Shown in pieces: positions 1 to 12,331 of a DNA stretch of 64,000 nucleotides; the stretch's first letter is position 1; each line of letters begins with the position of its first letter. The notes below the pieces were generated by a model that saw only the letters and a list, made by a program, of their open reading frames with translations, ran no database searches and was not told the DNA's origin. The translations under genes and the position numbers were made by a program. This DNA is from Octopus sinensis (taxonomy: Eukaryota), in contig NC_043017.1 of assembly GCF_006345805.1 (NCBI RefSeq), forward strand, positions 6,572,001 through 6,636,000. Direction: 5' to 3'.

Positions 1-104
1 GCATGTGTGTATATATATAGATATACACACGCATAGATAGATGTATGTATATATATATAGATAGATATTTGTATATATATGTATATATATATTATATATA
101 TATA

Positions 105-147
<43 letters not shown>

Positions 148-167
148 GTGTATGGTATATTTATATT

Positions 168-198
<31 letters not shown>

Positions 199-533
199 GT
201 GTATGGTATATTTATATACTTACATATAGATACAAAGGGATAGACAAATTGATAGAAACATACAAACACGCACCCCCCACCCCCGCCCCCACACTTGCAC
301 TTTCTTATTTATCTGATATAAACAATATAATATTTAAATATTCTGAACTCATTAATGTTCGTGTCATGTCTGAACAGGGCCAGTCATGTTGTTGTTACGC
401 TGATGTTGTTGGTGTTGGTGTTGTTCTCCTTGTTGGCGTTGTTACTGTTGTTGCTATGTATAAACAGAAAACTAGCAAATCAGCTGAAAGGCTTTTAAGA
501 GCTGACATGAGCGCCAATAGTTTGTATTAATCG

Positions 534-593
534 TAGTGGTGGTGACGGTGGTGGTGGTAGTAGAGATGCTGGTATTAGTAGTGGTGATGGTGG

Positions 594-643
<50 letters not shown>

Positions 644-1100
644 CAGTAGTAGTAGTGGTGGTGGTGGTGGTGGTCATGGTGTTAGTGATTATAGAGGTGG
701 TGGACGTGGGTGTGTTAGTAATTGTTGTCATGATGTGGTGGTTGTGGTAGTGGTGGTTGCGGTGGTGGTTGTGGTAGTGGTGGTCGGGGTTGTGGTAGTA
801 GTGATAGTGGTGGTGGTAGTGTTGGTTGTGATAGTGGTGGTTATGGTGGTGGTAGTGTTGGTTGCGGTGCTGGTAGTGGTGGTTGTGGTTGTGGTAGTGG
901 TGGCTGTGATAGTGGTGGTTGTGGTAGTGGTTGTGATAGTGGTAGCTGTGGTGCTAGTAGTGGTGCCAGTGGTGGCCATAGCAGTGATGGTAGTGTAGTG
1001 GTAGTGGTGGCAACAGTTATAACGATAATAGCAAATGGTGGCAATGATGGTGGTAGTAGCAGCAGCAGCAGCTGCGTGTGTGTGTGTGTGTGTGTGTGTG
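534..1100. repeat. Compound (GTA)n/(GTG)n/(TG)n microsatellite
   Basis: Direct reading; explains the poly-V/poly-T ORFs. Confidence 0.95.
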
Positions 1101-1483
1101 GAAGTGGACACCTTGTTTGCTAATAAATGACAACTAAACTAACATAATCATCCAATCGTACCTAATGGCCATCTTTTTCTTATTAAAATATTTATTAAAC
1201 TCTTTCTGGATTTACCACTTGGCTCTCGGGGCCTTGTTTCTTTGTTTTGATGTTTTGATTTTTTTTTTCTTTTTCCAGATTTTATTTTGTGGCCAGTTGG
1301 CATTTTCTTTGGATATGGGGTTTTGGGTGGGGTTCAAGCTGTGGTTGGGGTAGAGTCTTTCTTCTTCAACATCTCTCTCATTGTATTATTCCTTCAGCTT
1401 TCCTTTAATTTTATTGCTATATTTCCTCTTTGTTTTTTCTTTCACTCATTCCCTCTTTCTATCTACCTATCTATCTATCTATC

Positions 1484-1514
<31 letters not shown>

Positions 1515-1821
1515 CTATCTGCCTGTCCATCAATCTATCAGGTTGTCTCTCTATCCATCCATCTATTTAGATAACTGTTTATTAGTCTGCTTATTTGTCT
1601 CTCTGTCTATCTTCTTATCTATCTTTATGTCTATCCATCCATCCATCTATCCCTTTGTCTATCTATCTATCTATCTATCTACCCACCTACCTACAGTGAA
1701 ATTTGAACTCAGAGCGTAACCACGGGCGAAATACCACTAAGCATTTTGTCTTGTGTGCTAACGATTCTACCAGCTTGCCACCTTAATAATAATAATAATG
1801 ATAATAATAATAATGATAATA

Positions 1822-1852
<31 letters not shown>

Positions 1853-2182
1853 TAATAATTAATTCTTTTTTATTGGCCACAAGGTTTGTAATTTGTGGGG
1901 AGGGGGTAAGTTGATCACATCGATGGTTTTTACTGGTACTTAATTTATTGACCCCGATAGGATGAAAGGCAAAGTCGACCTTGGCAGAATTTGAACTCAG
2001 AATATAGCAACGGGTGAAATACCGCTTATCATTTCGTCTGGTGTGCTAACGATTCTGCCAGCTTGCCACGTTAATGATAATAATAATAATAATAATTCTT
2101 TCTACTATAGGCACAAGGCCTGAAATTTGTGGGGAGGGATTAAGTTGATCACATCGACTCCAGTACTTGACTGGTACTTAAT

Positions 2183-2322
2183 ACAAACAGATGTATTAGT
2201 TTAACGCTCAGGAATAGAAAAAGTCTTTTACATTTCGAGCATACGCTCTTCTACAGAAAGGGACACAGAAAAAACAAGGAGAGAAACAAAATGTGTGTAG
2301 TGACTAACGATCTATCATGGCG
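2183..2322 (-). mobile_element. Short HHR-bearing repeat (family B, CTGTAGA core), Penelope pLTR-like
   Basis: Minus strand CTTT-CTGTAGA-A-GAGC-gtat-GCTC-GAAA-TG-TA-AAAG at 2225-2260; homologous to the 3298, 22458 and 63583 copies. Confidence 0.65.
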
Positions 2323-3076
2323 ACTGACTCGGACAGAAGGGTCACAGACAGAAGGGTCATGGACAGAAGGGTCACACACATATATGTGTGTTTGTCTGTT
2401 TGTGAATACATATAGTTTTCATCACGTTTGTCCGGGAATGTGAAACTCTGAGTAACAGTGCTGTAATAATTTTGCAGCTTTAATAAAATGTATATTTCTC
2501 TGTCTTTGGTATTCAAGTAAAATTTTTCCGCCTTGTTTGGCACTTATGTGCTCACTTCTGTGTGATGTCAAGGTGTGTGGCCTAGTGGTTAGGGTGTTAC
2601 ACTCATGATTGCTAAATTGTGGGTTCAATTCCTAAACCAGGCAGTACATTGTGTCCTCAAGCTAAATGCATCATTTCGTGTTTGCTCCAGTTCACTCAGA
2701 TCAGGAGAAAATGTTGGATGCTCACCAATCCAGAAGAGTGGCATAATTTGAAAGCTACAATAATGCAAAGTGCATTGTGACCAGTGATGTATAACAACAT
2801 CCAACAGTCCAGTCTGCAAATCTAATAGAGGCCTCGAAAGACATTTTAAGATCCACAAAGATCAGAACTTAACTGCAGCTCTTGGTGGTCCAAATCAGAT
2901 ATGCAATCTATGTGGGTGTCTTATCAAAACATTGGTTTAAAAAGCCATATCAGATGCCATGATGGTTCTAGGGTGTAGGTACAAGAAGTGGTCAAACTCT
3001 GCATAAGGAGTAGACAACTAACACACACACACACATATAAATTCACCCATTCCATTCCGGTCATTCAATATGTAAC

Positions 3077-3278
3077 CACGTGTGTATCGTTGGCGATTTC
3101 TTCCTCCATCTTCCCTTCCTTGAACCTTTCCTTTTTCTATGTTTGTGACAAAGAGCTCTGCTCAAAATGTTAAATCCTCCTTCTTTCGTTCCTTTCCTGA
3201 GCGTCCAATAATACTATACTAGTTCCACGTCCTCGCGTTGTTGTGTTTTCTCTTTGTGTTTTCATGTTTCGATTAACT
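3077..3278 (+). mobile_element. Short HHR-bearing repeat (family B', GAGCtctGCTC stem II), decayed core
   Basis: GTGACAAAGAGCTCTGCTCAAAATGTTAAA; high similarity to 17842-18042; ends in (TA)n. Confidence 0.6.
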
Positions 3279-3297
3279 ATATATATATATATATATA

Positions 3298-3458
3298 GGG
3301 AGAGTTTACGAAAAAAAGCACAAGACGAAGACAGGTGGTGTACAAAACAAACAAATGTATTAGTATAATGCTCAGGAATAGAAAAAGTCTTTTACGTTTC
3401 GAGCCTACGCTCTTCTACAGAAAGGGACACAGTAAAAAACAAGGAGAGAAAAAAATAT
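3298..3458 (-). mobile_element. Short HHR-bearing repeat (family B)
   Basis: Minus strand CTTT-CTGTAGA-A-GAGC-gtag-GCTC-GAAA-CG-TA-AAAG at 3389-3424; joined to the previous copy in opposite orientation across (TA)n. Confidence 0.7.
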
Positions 3459-4575
3459 GTATACACACACACATATATATATACATATATAATGTTAAAA
3501 CACCCTGCAGACTGTGATACCCACTAAAATAGAAACACCAAATGGTCAGTGACCCAGTATTGGTCAACAGCCCATCGGTTGGGGGTCTCTGCCTTAAAGT
3601 ATAGTTTCCTCCAAAATATTCTGACTCTTCTACACTTCCAGTCTTCAAAACACACAAGAGACAAGAATATCTGTAAATTACTAGTGTCCTGCCCTTGGCA
3701 GGAAGTGTACATATGCTGGGGTTGGATTAATTGTGGACGAAATGACAGGAGATTTCCATCAGATTTATGCAAATTTGTTTTGACTAACAGTTCTCTCCCT
3801 TCTTTCGCTGTCTTCTTTTCCTTCTTTTTCTTCTTGTCTTAACCAAACTTGTGAAACTCAATGATGTCTTTTTGTCTAAGAAGGAACACAGGATAGTCTA
3901 GCTAAATTTTTTGAATTTCTGTAGTTTTGTATTTTCCAATTTTTCCTTATCCTTGTTTTACTTTGAACCTGGGGACAATGGATGTACACTTAAAATATTG
4001 CTCTATAAACAAAACCTATTTTATTACAAACCACACACTTCAAATTGTCTTATTTTTGTTATTTTTCTTCTTCTTTTTATTATTATTATTATCATTATTA
4101 TTATTATTATTATTTGCCTGTTGGGGGTTGATAAATTAAGTACTAGTGAAACACTGGGGTCGATATAACTGACTAGTCCCTTCTCCCCAAATTTCAGGCT
4201 TTGTGCCTACAGTAGAAAGGATTATTATTATTATTATTATTATTTGTTGTTATAGTAATAGTAGTGGTATTAGTAATGCAGCGAAGTGTGCAATTGGTGG
4301 TGCATCAGATAAAATGCCATGTGTTATTGAGTTATGTCCCTTTGTTATGTATTCCCACATGCTCAAACTCACTGATACAAGCATACACATACACACATTG
4401 ACGCACACACATACACACATTGCCACACACACTTTGTACACATTCACATTAACAAAAACATTCACACACAAACACATCGACACATATTATTTTGTCACAA
4501 TCATATATTTTTCTCTTTTCTTATTTGACAATATTTGATTTTAAAATATTTTTTTCTTTTCTTTCTTTTTTACAG

Positions 4576-4691
4576 TTTATTTTGACCACATGACAGTGTT
4601 AAGTTGGCCACTCTTACTTTTCTGACCACATGACAGTGTTAAGTTGACCATTGTTACCTCTCGCCATTTAGGGAAAAGATACAAAAATTAG
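4576..4691 (+). other. Candidate non-coding/UTR exon
   Basis: Long polypyrimidine tract plus TACAG acceptor and AG|GTAAGT donor. Stops in all three frames. Internal ~28-bp direct repeat. Confidence 0.4.
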
Positions 4692-5118
4692 GTAAGTCTA
4701 AACTTATTTATAATCCTTATGTACTCTACCTTTCTTTATACTCCTTATATAATCCTTATATACTCAATAAAGTGTGTGTATCTATGTTGCTGTTTGGCCC
4801 CTGTTCAGCCCTAATCCAGCACACATTTGATTTATCATTTTAGCATTTAAATTGGCCATACCCAGCCTAAATACTCTGCCCATTTCATGTTCAAACTGCC
4901 CATCACATCTATCTTACAATGTCATTTTGAAAATCACATCATTGAAATCTATGAGATAAGGCATGATTAATTCAGAACAATGCAAATAAACAAGCATTAC
5001 ATTTGACAGAGTAATCTGAATGTTAAGGACATAAGATGTTCTATCCAAGACTACTTGATTTTTTCATTCATTTAGGGATTACATTGTCTAGTACATCTAC
5101 TATTTCTTAAGGTGGATA

Positions 5119-5335
5119 AGGCAGCGAGCTGGCAGAAACGTTAGCATGCCAGGCAAAATGCTGAGCAGGTATTTCATCTGTCTCTATGTTCTAAGTTCAA
5201 ATTCCGCCACGGTCGACTTTGCCTTTCATCCTTTCGAGGTCGATAAATTAAGTACCAATTGCTTACTGGGATCGATCTAATTGACTGGCCCCTTCCCCAA
5301 AAATTTCAGGCCTAGTGCCTAGAGTAGAAAAGAAT
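5119..5335 (+). mobile_element. tRNA-derived SINE family M (Meta-domain-like core), representative copy
   Basis: Head GGCAGCGAGCTGGCAGAAACGTTAGC, B box GTTCAAATTCC, core GCCTTTCATCCTTTCG.GGTCGATAAA.TAAGTACCA. Other copies (approx.): 1697-2182(-), 4123-4220, 9000-9283(-), 24469-24632, 27730-27830, 38503-38665(-), 41232-41435(-), 43210-43317(-), 50770-50870, 56070-56267(-), 59420-59636(-). Confidence 0.85.
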
Positions 5336-5878
5336 ATTTCTTAAGGTAGATGAGTGTCATTTGAGGTATGTTTGCTTCCTACTTCTAGCAAGTTAAGTGA
5401 CTATGCAGAGGCTCTCTCATTGGTTTGGTATTTCATAGCTGTGCTTTGTACGCATATGTTAGGTGGAATTACCTTTACATAGCTTGATGAACTTATTTTG
5501 CCAAATATACAAACATAAACATATATGTACATATTTATATATAAGCGTATACACACAAACACACGCACACACATATATAGGCACAGACATGATTGTGTGT
5601 GTCAGAAGCTTGCTTCCCAAAACCATGTGGTCTTGGGTCCTGTTCTACTGCATTCCACCTTGTATAAGTGTCTTATCATATAGCTCCAGGTCAATCAAAG
5701 CCTTGTGAATAGATCTCATAGACAGAAATTTAAAGAAGCCCATTGTGTGTGTGTGTGTGTGTTTGTTTTTCACATTGCTTGGCAACTGGTGTTGGTTTGT
5801 ATATGACCCCATAACTTAGGTTTAGGGTTATGGTTACATATTTCACTCAAAGCTACTCCATGCACATCTTGTAAATTA

Positions 5879-6219
5879 CCATATTTGATGGCCTATAGAG
5901 ATGCACCTTTTTTACCCAAAAATGGCTTTAAAAATCCCCCTGCATCCAATGCACTCAATGTAGGCTCAAAACTTGCCCAAAACGGTTTGTATTGTTCACA
6001 AAACACGTGCTGCCATCTATTGGTGAACAATTGCTTATGGTATGTTTATATCAAATGTGGATGCAATAAATTGCTTATAATTACCAGTAATAACAAGAAG
6101 TTATACAGTTAAGTGGAGCAATTAAAACATTAATTCAGTGGTAATTTATTTTGCAAAAGTATAGCCTAGGCTAGAGTGCATCCTATGCATTCGTGCGTCT
6201 TATAAGCCATCAAATACGG
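5879..6219. mobile_element. pogo/Tigger-like MITE
   Basis: TA|CCATATTTGATGGCCTATA ... TATAAGCCATCAAATACGG|TA. Confidence 0.8.
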
Positions 6220-6327
6220 TAATTCCAGCTGCACCAAACTTTATACACATCAGCGAATGCTACAATTGTTTTTGTTCCAGTACACAATCTCAGATCAGGT
6301 CACTTGCTATGCAAGTACATCTCCACA

Positions 6328-6380
<53 letters not shown>

Positions 6381-6689
6381 AATATTTTCGTGCATGTATG
6401 AACATTCCTATATATTTCTGTGCATTCACGGGTGTATGAGTACGCATGAACAAGGGCGAAATACGAATCGCTGCCAAAATAGTAGTGTACCAAAAATAGC
6501 TGTCCTCAAGGTTGTTTCACATGAAATAGGTATCTCGTTAAAGAAATCTCGTTAAAGAAATCCAAACATTACTTTTAGTGGAATCTGAATTGTGTTTCTT
6601 GGTGCACAGCACTGTACTAACAATGTGTATACGGTAGAATGCATGCATTTATGTGTCTGAGTGAGTGTGTGTGTGTGTGTTTGTGTGCA

Positions 6690-7330
6690 TATATATGTAA
6701 CTGTATGTGTCTACATGTATGCATTTAACATTGCAAGTATGCATGTATCTACACTTGTAAGTGTATATCTAAATGTGTGCATGTCTAAATGCATGTGTAT
6801 CTAATTGCATGCATGTGTTTGTGCATGAGCATGTATCTGCAAGCAAATGCATGTATCTAGACTTGTTAGTGTGTAACTAAATATGCATGTGTATACCTTA
6901 ATGCACATATACCTAAATGCACATAAATCTGAATGCCTCTACATCTAAACATGTGTGTATATCTTAATGCTTGTATATCTAATTCCCATATATATCTAAA
7001 CAGGCGTGTTTATCTAAAACGCACATATAAACTGCATGTATATTTAAATGCATGCATATCTAACTGCATGCTTATCTTAATGCTATCATATCTAACTGCA
7101 CTTGCATTTTAAATGCATGTATATCTATATGTGTATATAGATGCATCTTTATATAACTAAATATGTGTATATATATCTAAATGTGTATATATCCAAATGC
7201 ATATCTATATATTCAAATGTGTATATATCTCTAAATGTGTGTATATCTAGATTAATACATGTCTAAATGTGTGTTATGTACATCTGTGTATGCATCTAAA
7301 TGTGCATGAACATGTATCTGGGGGTATGTG
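6690..7330. repeat. Degenerate ATGTGTATATCTAA-like minisatellite
   Basis: Recurrent TATCTAA(A)TG units. Confidence 0.7.
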
Positions 7331-7437
7331 CATGTGTCTTGCATGTCAGTGTTTAAGTGTGTAGTTGTTTGTGTACAAGTTTCTGTTTATGTGTGTGTGT
7401 GTGTTTATGTACTTTTGTTGTTTTTTTTTTAAACTGC

Positions 7438-7870
7438 ATAGGTGCAGGCATGGCTGTGTTGATAGGTGCAGGCATGGCTGTGTTGATAGGTGCAGGCATG
7501 GCTGTGTGGTAAGAAGCTTGCTTCTCAACCACATGGTTCCAGGTTCAGTTCCATTGTGTGGCACCTTGCGCCAATGTCTTCTACTATAACCTGAGGCCAA
7601 CCAAAGCCTTGTGAGTGGATTTGGTAGATGGAAACTGAAAGAAGCTTGTCTTATATGTGTGTGTGTATCTTTGTGTCTGTGTTAGTACCTCCACCATCAC
7701 TTGACAGCCGATGTTAGTGTGTTTATGTCCCTGTAACTTAGCGGTTTGACAAAAGAAACTGATAGAATAAGTACTAGGCTTACAAAGAATAAGTCCTGGG
7801 GTCAATTTGTTCGACGAAAGGTGTTGCACCAGCATGTTCGCAGTCAGATGACTGAAACAATAAAAAGAAT
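7438..7870 (+). mobile_element. SINE family K with triplicated 24-bp head
   Basis: ATAGGTGCAGGCATGGCTGTGTTG x3 at 7438-7507, then the full body. Confidence 0.85.
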
Positions 7871-8559
7871 ATGTGACTGCGTGTCTATACGTAGACATTT
7901 TAGAATACACGTCTGCATGTGTGAATGCGTCTGAATGCATGTTTATGTGTGCAGTTATGTATCTGTTTCTAGATGCGTGTGAGCGTGTACACATGGATAT
8001 GTGCATGTGTGTTTGTCTTGTTTAGTGCAAATATTAAATAAATTTGTGTATTCATGTATGTATGTATGTGTATGTAAAAAATGTGTGCATGTACGTGTGT
8101 GCATGTTTGTGTGTTTATATGTGACTGCAGGTGTCTGCAAGTGTGCATCTCATAATGCATGCATCTAGATGTGTGTCTGTATATGTCTGAATATGTTTGT
8201 AAGTATATGTGTGCATCTGTGCATGCTTGAGCATGCATACGTGGTTATATGCGTATGTCTCGCTGCGTGCAAATGTTTAAGTGCACGCAAATATTTATTG
8301 CATGCGTACAGGTGTGTGTATGTGTGCGTATTTATGTGTGTGTGTGTGCATATTTGTGTGAGCGTATGTGTATATGTGTGTGTGCATATTTGTGTGATCG
8401 TGTGTGTGTGTGTGTGTGCGCTTGTGCATATTTATGTGTGTGTCTGTGTGTCTATTTATGTCTGCGCGTAGTTGCACGCATTACTGATCAATAAAGATAA
8501 CTGGAAACCAGCTCCTTGTTGTTTAACGAAATCCTGTTTGTCATAGCTTCTTACTTTAA

Positions 8560-8596
<37 letters not shown>

Positions 8597-8958
8597 TCTA
8601 TCTATCTTCCTCTATCTCTCTTTCTCTCTGACTTCCTTCATTAGGAAGATGGTAAGTGGAGGCCATGGGAAGAAACTAAAATAAAGAATGCCAATAATTG
8701 TAGCAACAGCAGTAGTGGTAGTAGTAGAAGCAGTAGCAGCAGCAGCAGCAATAATAGTAGTATAATGATAATCATCTTTTAACATCTGCTTTTCATGCTG
8801 GCATGGGTTAGAGTGTTTCAGACGGGCTGGTGAGTTAGAGGTCTGCTTTGGCATGGTTTCTATGGCTGGGTGCCCTTCCTGACACCAACTGCTTTACAGA
8901 TTGTTCTGGGTTATTTTTATGGCCCCTGCTCTCAAGCTGAAACTAATAAAGAAAAAAT

Positions 8959-8999
<41 letters not shown>

Positions 9000-9283
9000 C
9001 TTTTCTACTCTAGGCACAAGTTCTGAAATTTTGGGAGAAGGGGCTAGTCGATTAGATTGACCCCAGTACATAACTGGTACTTAATGTATCGACCCCGAAA
9101 GGATGAAAGGCAAAGTCCTGGGGGAGGGGACTAGTCAATTACATCAGCCCCAATGTTTCATCGACCCCAAAAGGATGAAAAGCAAAGTCGACCTTGGCGG
9201 AATTTGAACTCAGAATGTAAAGACTGATGAAATACTGTTCAGCATTTCACGCGATATGCTAACAATTCTGCCAGCTCACCACC

Positions 9284-9330
<47 letters not shown>

Positions 9331-9342
9331 TAATAATAATAA

Positions 9343-9613
9343 ATTGATAGATATGACAAGTTAGCTAGGGAGGTTAAGCAGTTGTGGCTGATGAAAAAGG
9401 TGGTAGTGGTACCAATAATTGTCGGAGCCCTGGGAACAGTGAGTAAAAATCTTGCGAAGTTTATGGAACAAATAGGGGCTGCAATAAGGGTGGGGAACTT
9501 GCAGAAAACAGCACTGCTTGGAACCACTCGAATACTCCGGAAGGTGCTAGAAAAATAAGGGGTGTTGGTAGTGAACAGCTTACACCGTAGTATATCTCCA
9601 GCATTAGAAGCTG
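9343..9613 (+). mobile_element. 5'-truncated R4/Dong-clade non-LTR retrotransposon (RLE C-terminus plus 3'UTR)
   Basis: 9343-9558 translates IDRYDKLAREVKQLWLMKKVVVVPIIVGALGTVSKNL...LQKTALLGTTRILRKVLEK*, typical of the R4/Dong C-terminus. Begins right after (TAA)n at 9284-9342. Confidence 0.85.
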
Positions 9614-9755
9614 TTTTGGGTAAATCCCAGCTGTTTCTTCCTGAAGCACATCTGTTTATTCCATTATTACAATTAATATGTTTCCATAGTTACTGTCATG
9701 TTAATTAAAATACAGGTTAAAATTGAGAATTATGGAAATATTTGCACTGTAATTA

Positions 9756-9975
9756 CAGCAATCCCACCACTATCACAGGTGTTACATTCCAAAACCCGCT
9801 GCAACAGGTGAAAATCCACAAAGTAGAAACAGCACTGTATATATTTTTTATTACTATTTTTGTAATTTGTACATATTTATTTTATTATAAATTCAAAACA
9901 ACACCACAAAGGAATCGACTTAAGCTTAAATAATAAGCTGCGATGGGTGAACCATGATATGGCGAGGAATTACTG
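9756..9975. mobile_element. Tigger-like MITE
   Basis: TA|CAGCAATCCCACCACTATC ... GATATGGCGAGGAATTACTG|TA, imperfect TIRs. Confidence 0.7.
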
Positions 9976-10116
9976 TATATATCAAAACAAGAAAATGGAA
10001 ATTTTTTGGTTATCATTTACTTGCCATTACGCATGTTTCATCTGCTAATAGGAATTAGAAAGATTTGCATGTTACATAGACATGCATGGAAATTTTTGTT
10101 CGAAATTTATCAGATA

Positions 10117-10495
10117 CTCTTTTACTTGTTTCAGTCATTTGACTGTGGCTATGCTGGAGCACTGCTTTTAGTCGAACAAATTGACCCCAGGACTTATTCT
10201 TTGTAAGCCTAGTACTTATTCTATCAGTCTCTTTTGCCGAACCACTATGTTATATACTAACATCGGTTGTCAAGCGGTAGTTGGGAGGACAAACGCAGAC
10301 ACACAAACACACACATACATATATATACATATATACGACAGGCTCCTTTCAGTTTCCATCTTCCAAATCCACTCACAAGGCTTTGGTCAGCCCGAGGCTA
10401 TAGTAGAAGGCACTTGCCGAAGGTGCCACGCAGTGGGAGTGAACCCGGGGACCATGCGGTTGGTAAGCAAGCTACTTACCACACTGCCACTCCTG
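10117..10495 (-). mobile_element. SINE family K, near full length
   Basis: Reverse complement of the family K body and head. Confidence 0.85.
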
Positions 10496-10791
10496 ATGCT
10501 TATGATCTAACAACTTTTCTATTAGTACATTCCTTGAATAAATTTTGTAAGGGTGAACTTTTCAATCTTTTTCAGTATAATTTTCTTTTAATATTTCACT
10601 TTATCTTTCATGTGACATTCACTTCAATTTTATATTGCAACAATTCTTTAATCTCAAAAAAAGGAAAGGTCAGGCTTGCAATTAAATATCACCTGTATGA
10701 ACCTGATTATTCACTGCTTGTCACAATCCACTTCCAATACTTCTTTGATTATTCCCTTGTTTACCATTTTCGTCAAATCAATTACCTAATT

Positions 10792-11709
10792 TAGTAGTTC
10801 TCAACTGGGGTCCATATGGCCCCTGCAGGTCCTTATAAGATTTTGGGGGGCCCATGCAATAAAATAGCAAATTGGGGATCCACAATAGTATTTTAAGGGT
10901 TCCTGAAAAAATTTTGGTTTAGATGTATGTATTGGTGATGTATTGCAAGAAACAGCCAGTTTCTTTTTTTCTCTTGGTGGAAGATTTTAATTCAAAACTT
11001 AAGAAAACAAGACATTTGTACTACAGAACCAGAGGTAGTTTCAGCCAGGTTGGTATCAAAAGGGTTAAGAATTGTTTCTCTATTATATATTTTAACCCTT
11101 TTGTTATCATATTTCTGTTGAGATGCTCTGTGTTTCTCTGATTAATTTTAAATACAACAAAGAATTTAGTAAAATAACTTAGTTACCATTAAGCTAGTGT
11201 TGGTAACATAAATTGTGACTAAGGTTTGGTGAAAGATTTTAATTCAAAACTTAAGAAAACAAGACATTTGTACTACAGAGCCAGAGGTAGTTTCAGCCAG
11301 GTTGATATCAAAAGGGTTAAGAATTGTTTCTCTATTATATATTTTAACCCTTTTGGTACCATATTTCTGTTGAGATGCTCTGTGTTTCTTTCAGTTATTT
11401 TAAATATAACAAAGAATTTAGTAAAATAACTTAGTCACCATTAAGCTAGTGTTGGTAACATAAATTGTGACTAAGGTTTGGTGAAAGATTTTAATTCAAA
11501 ACTTAAGAAAACAAGACATTTGTACTACAAAGCCAGAGGCGGTTTCAGCCAGGTTGGTAATGAAAGGGCTAATGTAAGAAAAACAAAATAGGTATTCTGA
11601 AAGAAGAATCTATAAAACTAGCTTTTAAATGTTCAATGACTATGGGGGTCTGCCAGAATCAAATAGTAATCAAAGGGGACCCTAGATATAGAATGGTTGA
11701 GAACCCCTG
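10792..11709. mobile_element. hAT-type MITE carrying a nested tandem array
   Basis: TIRs TAGTAGTTCTCAAC / GTTGAGAACCCCTG; 8-bp flanks ACCTAATT / AACTAAAT match at 6 of 8. Confidence 0.75.
10975..11572. repeat. 252-bp tandem array (~2.4 units) of a piggyBac-type MITE plus spacer
   Basis: Units TTAA|CCCTTTT...AAAGGG at 11096-11316 (followed by TTAA) and 11348-11568 (followed by CTAA); partial unit 10975-11068. A solo partial copy lies at 40833-40977. Confidence 0.85.
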
Positions 11710-11719
11710 AACTAAATCA

Positions 11720-12120
11720 TCTGCTTGTTATCATGGAGGCATTCTGAATGGCCTTTTCTGGTCCCTTTGATATCACTCAACAGCTGCATGAACCCACCTG
11801 TTGTCTATGAACCTTACAATGTCCCCAGCCCCGTAGAACTTGTGCTTTTGGTATTCTGCTGCCATGGCGTTCGCTCCTCTCCATTTGTTTGGATTGTCTT
11901 TTGTTAGATAGGCTCTTGCAATGATATTCCTGGCATGGATCTTTCCACGGCTCTTTTACATCATAACCAATTCCTGTTCTTCCGTCTTTATACATATAGG
12001 ATAGAACCATTGAAGTGACTGGCATGTAGGGACTTGTTTGGCTTTGATTTGAGCATATCTTTTATAGGGATCAATGCCTTCCACCCTACCTTTGTGATCC
12101 TTGAGATTTCAAGCTCCGTG
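11720..12120 (-). mobile_element. Decayed RTE-clade LINE, post-RT C-terminal region
   Basis: Minus-strand frameshifted translation contains ..KVGWKA.. and ..AG(H/D)IVRFIDNRWVHAAVE(W)YQRDQKRP.., matching the RTE-1-like WAGH..R..DNRW...EW.PR..KR motif. Confidence 0.7.
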
Positions 12121-12331
12121 TCTTTTCAAAATGTTCATTTGTTAAGTTGCTCTGCGTTCAATCTCTCTTTTACTTTTAACTTTGATGTACTTTATTTTTG
12201 TTTTAACTGACAAAGGAAGATGTTTCTGTTTTCTGAGATGGTATCTTTATAGTTTTTGTTGTCTCTTGGGAGGTCATTATCATAATAATAAACACATGCT
12301 CTGTTTCTATTTCATTTATTCTTCATTATTA

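Noticed and set aside
9223-9235. CTGATGAAA (also at 12415)
   Set aside because: Chance variant inside SINE or Helitron sequence; no flanking stems.
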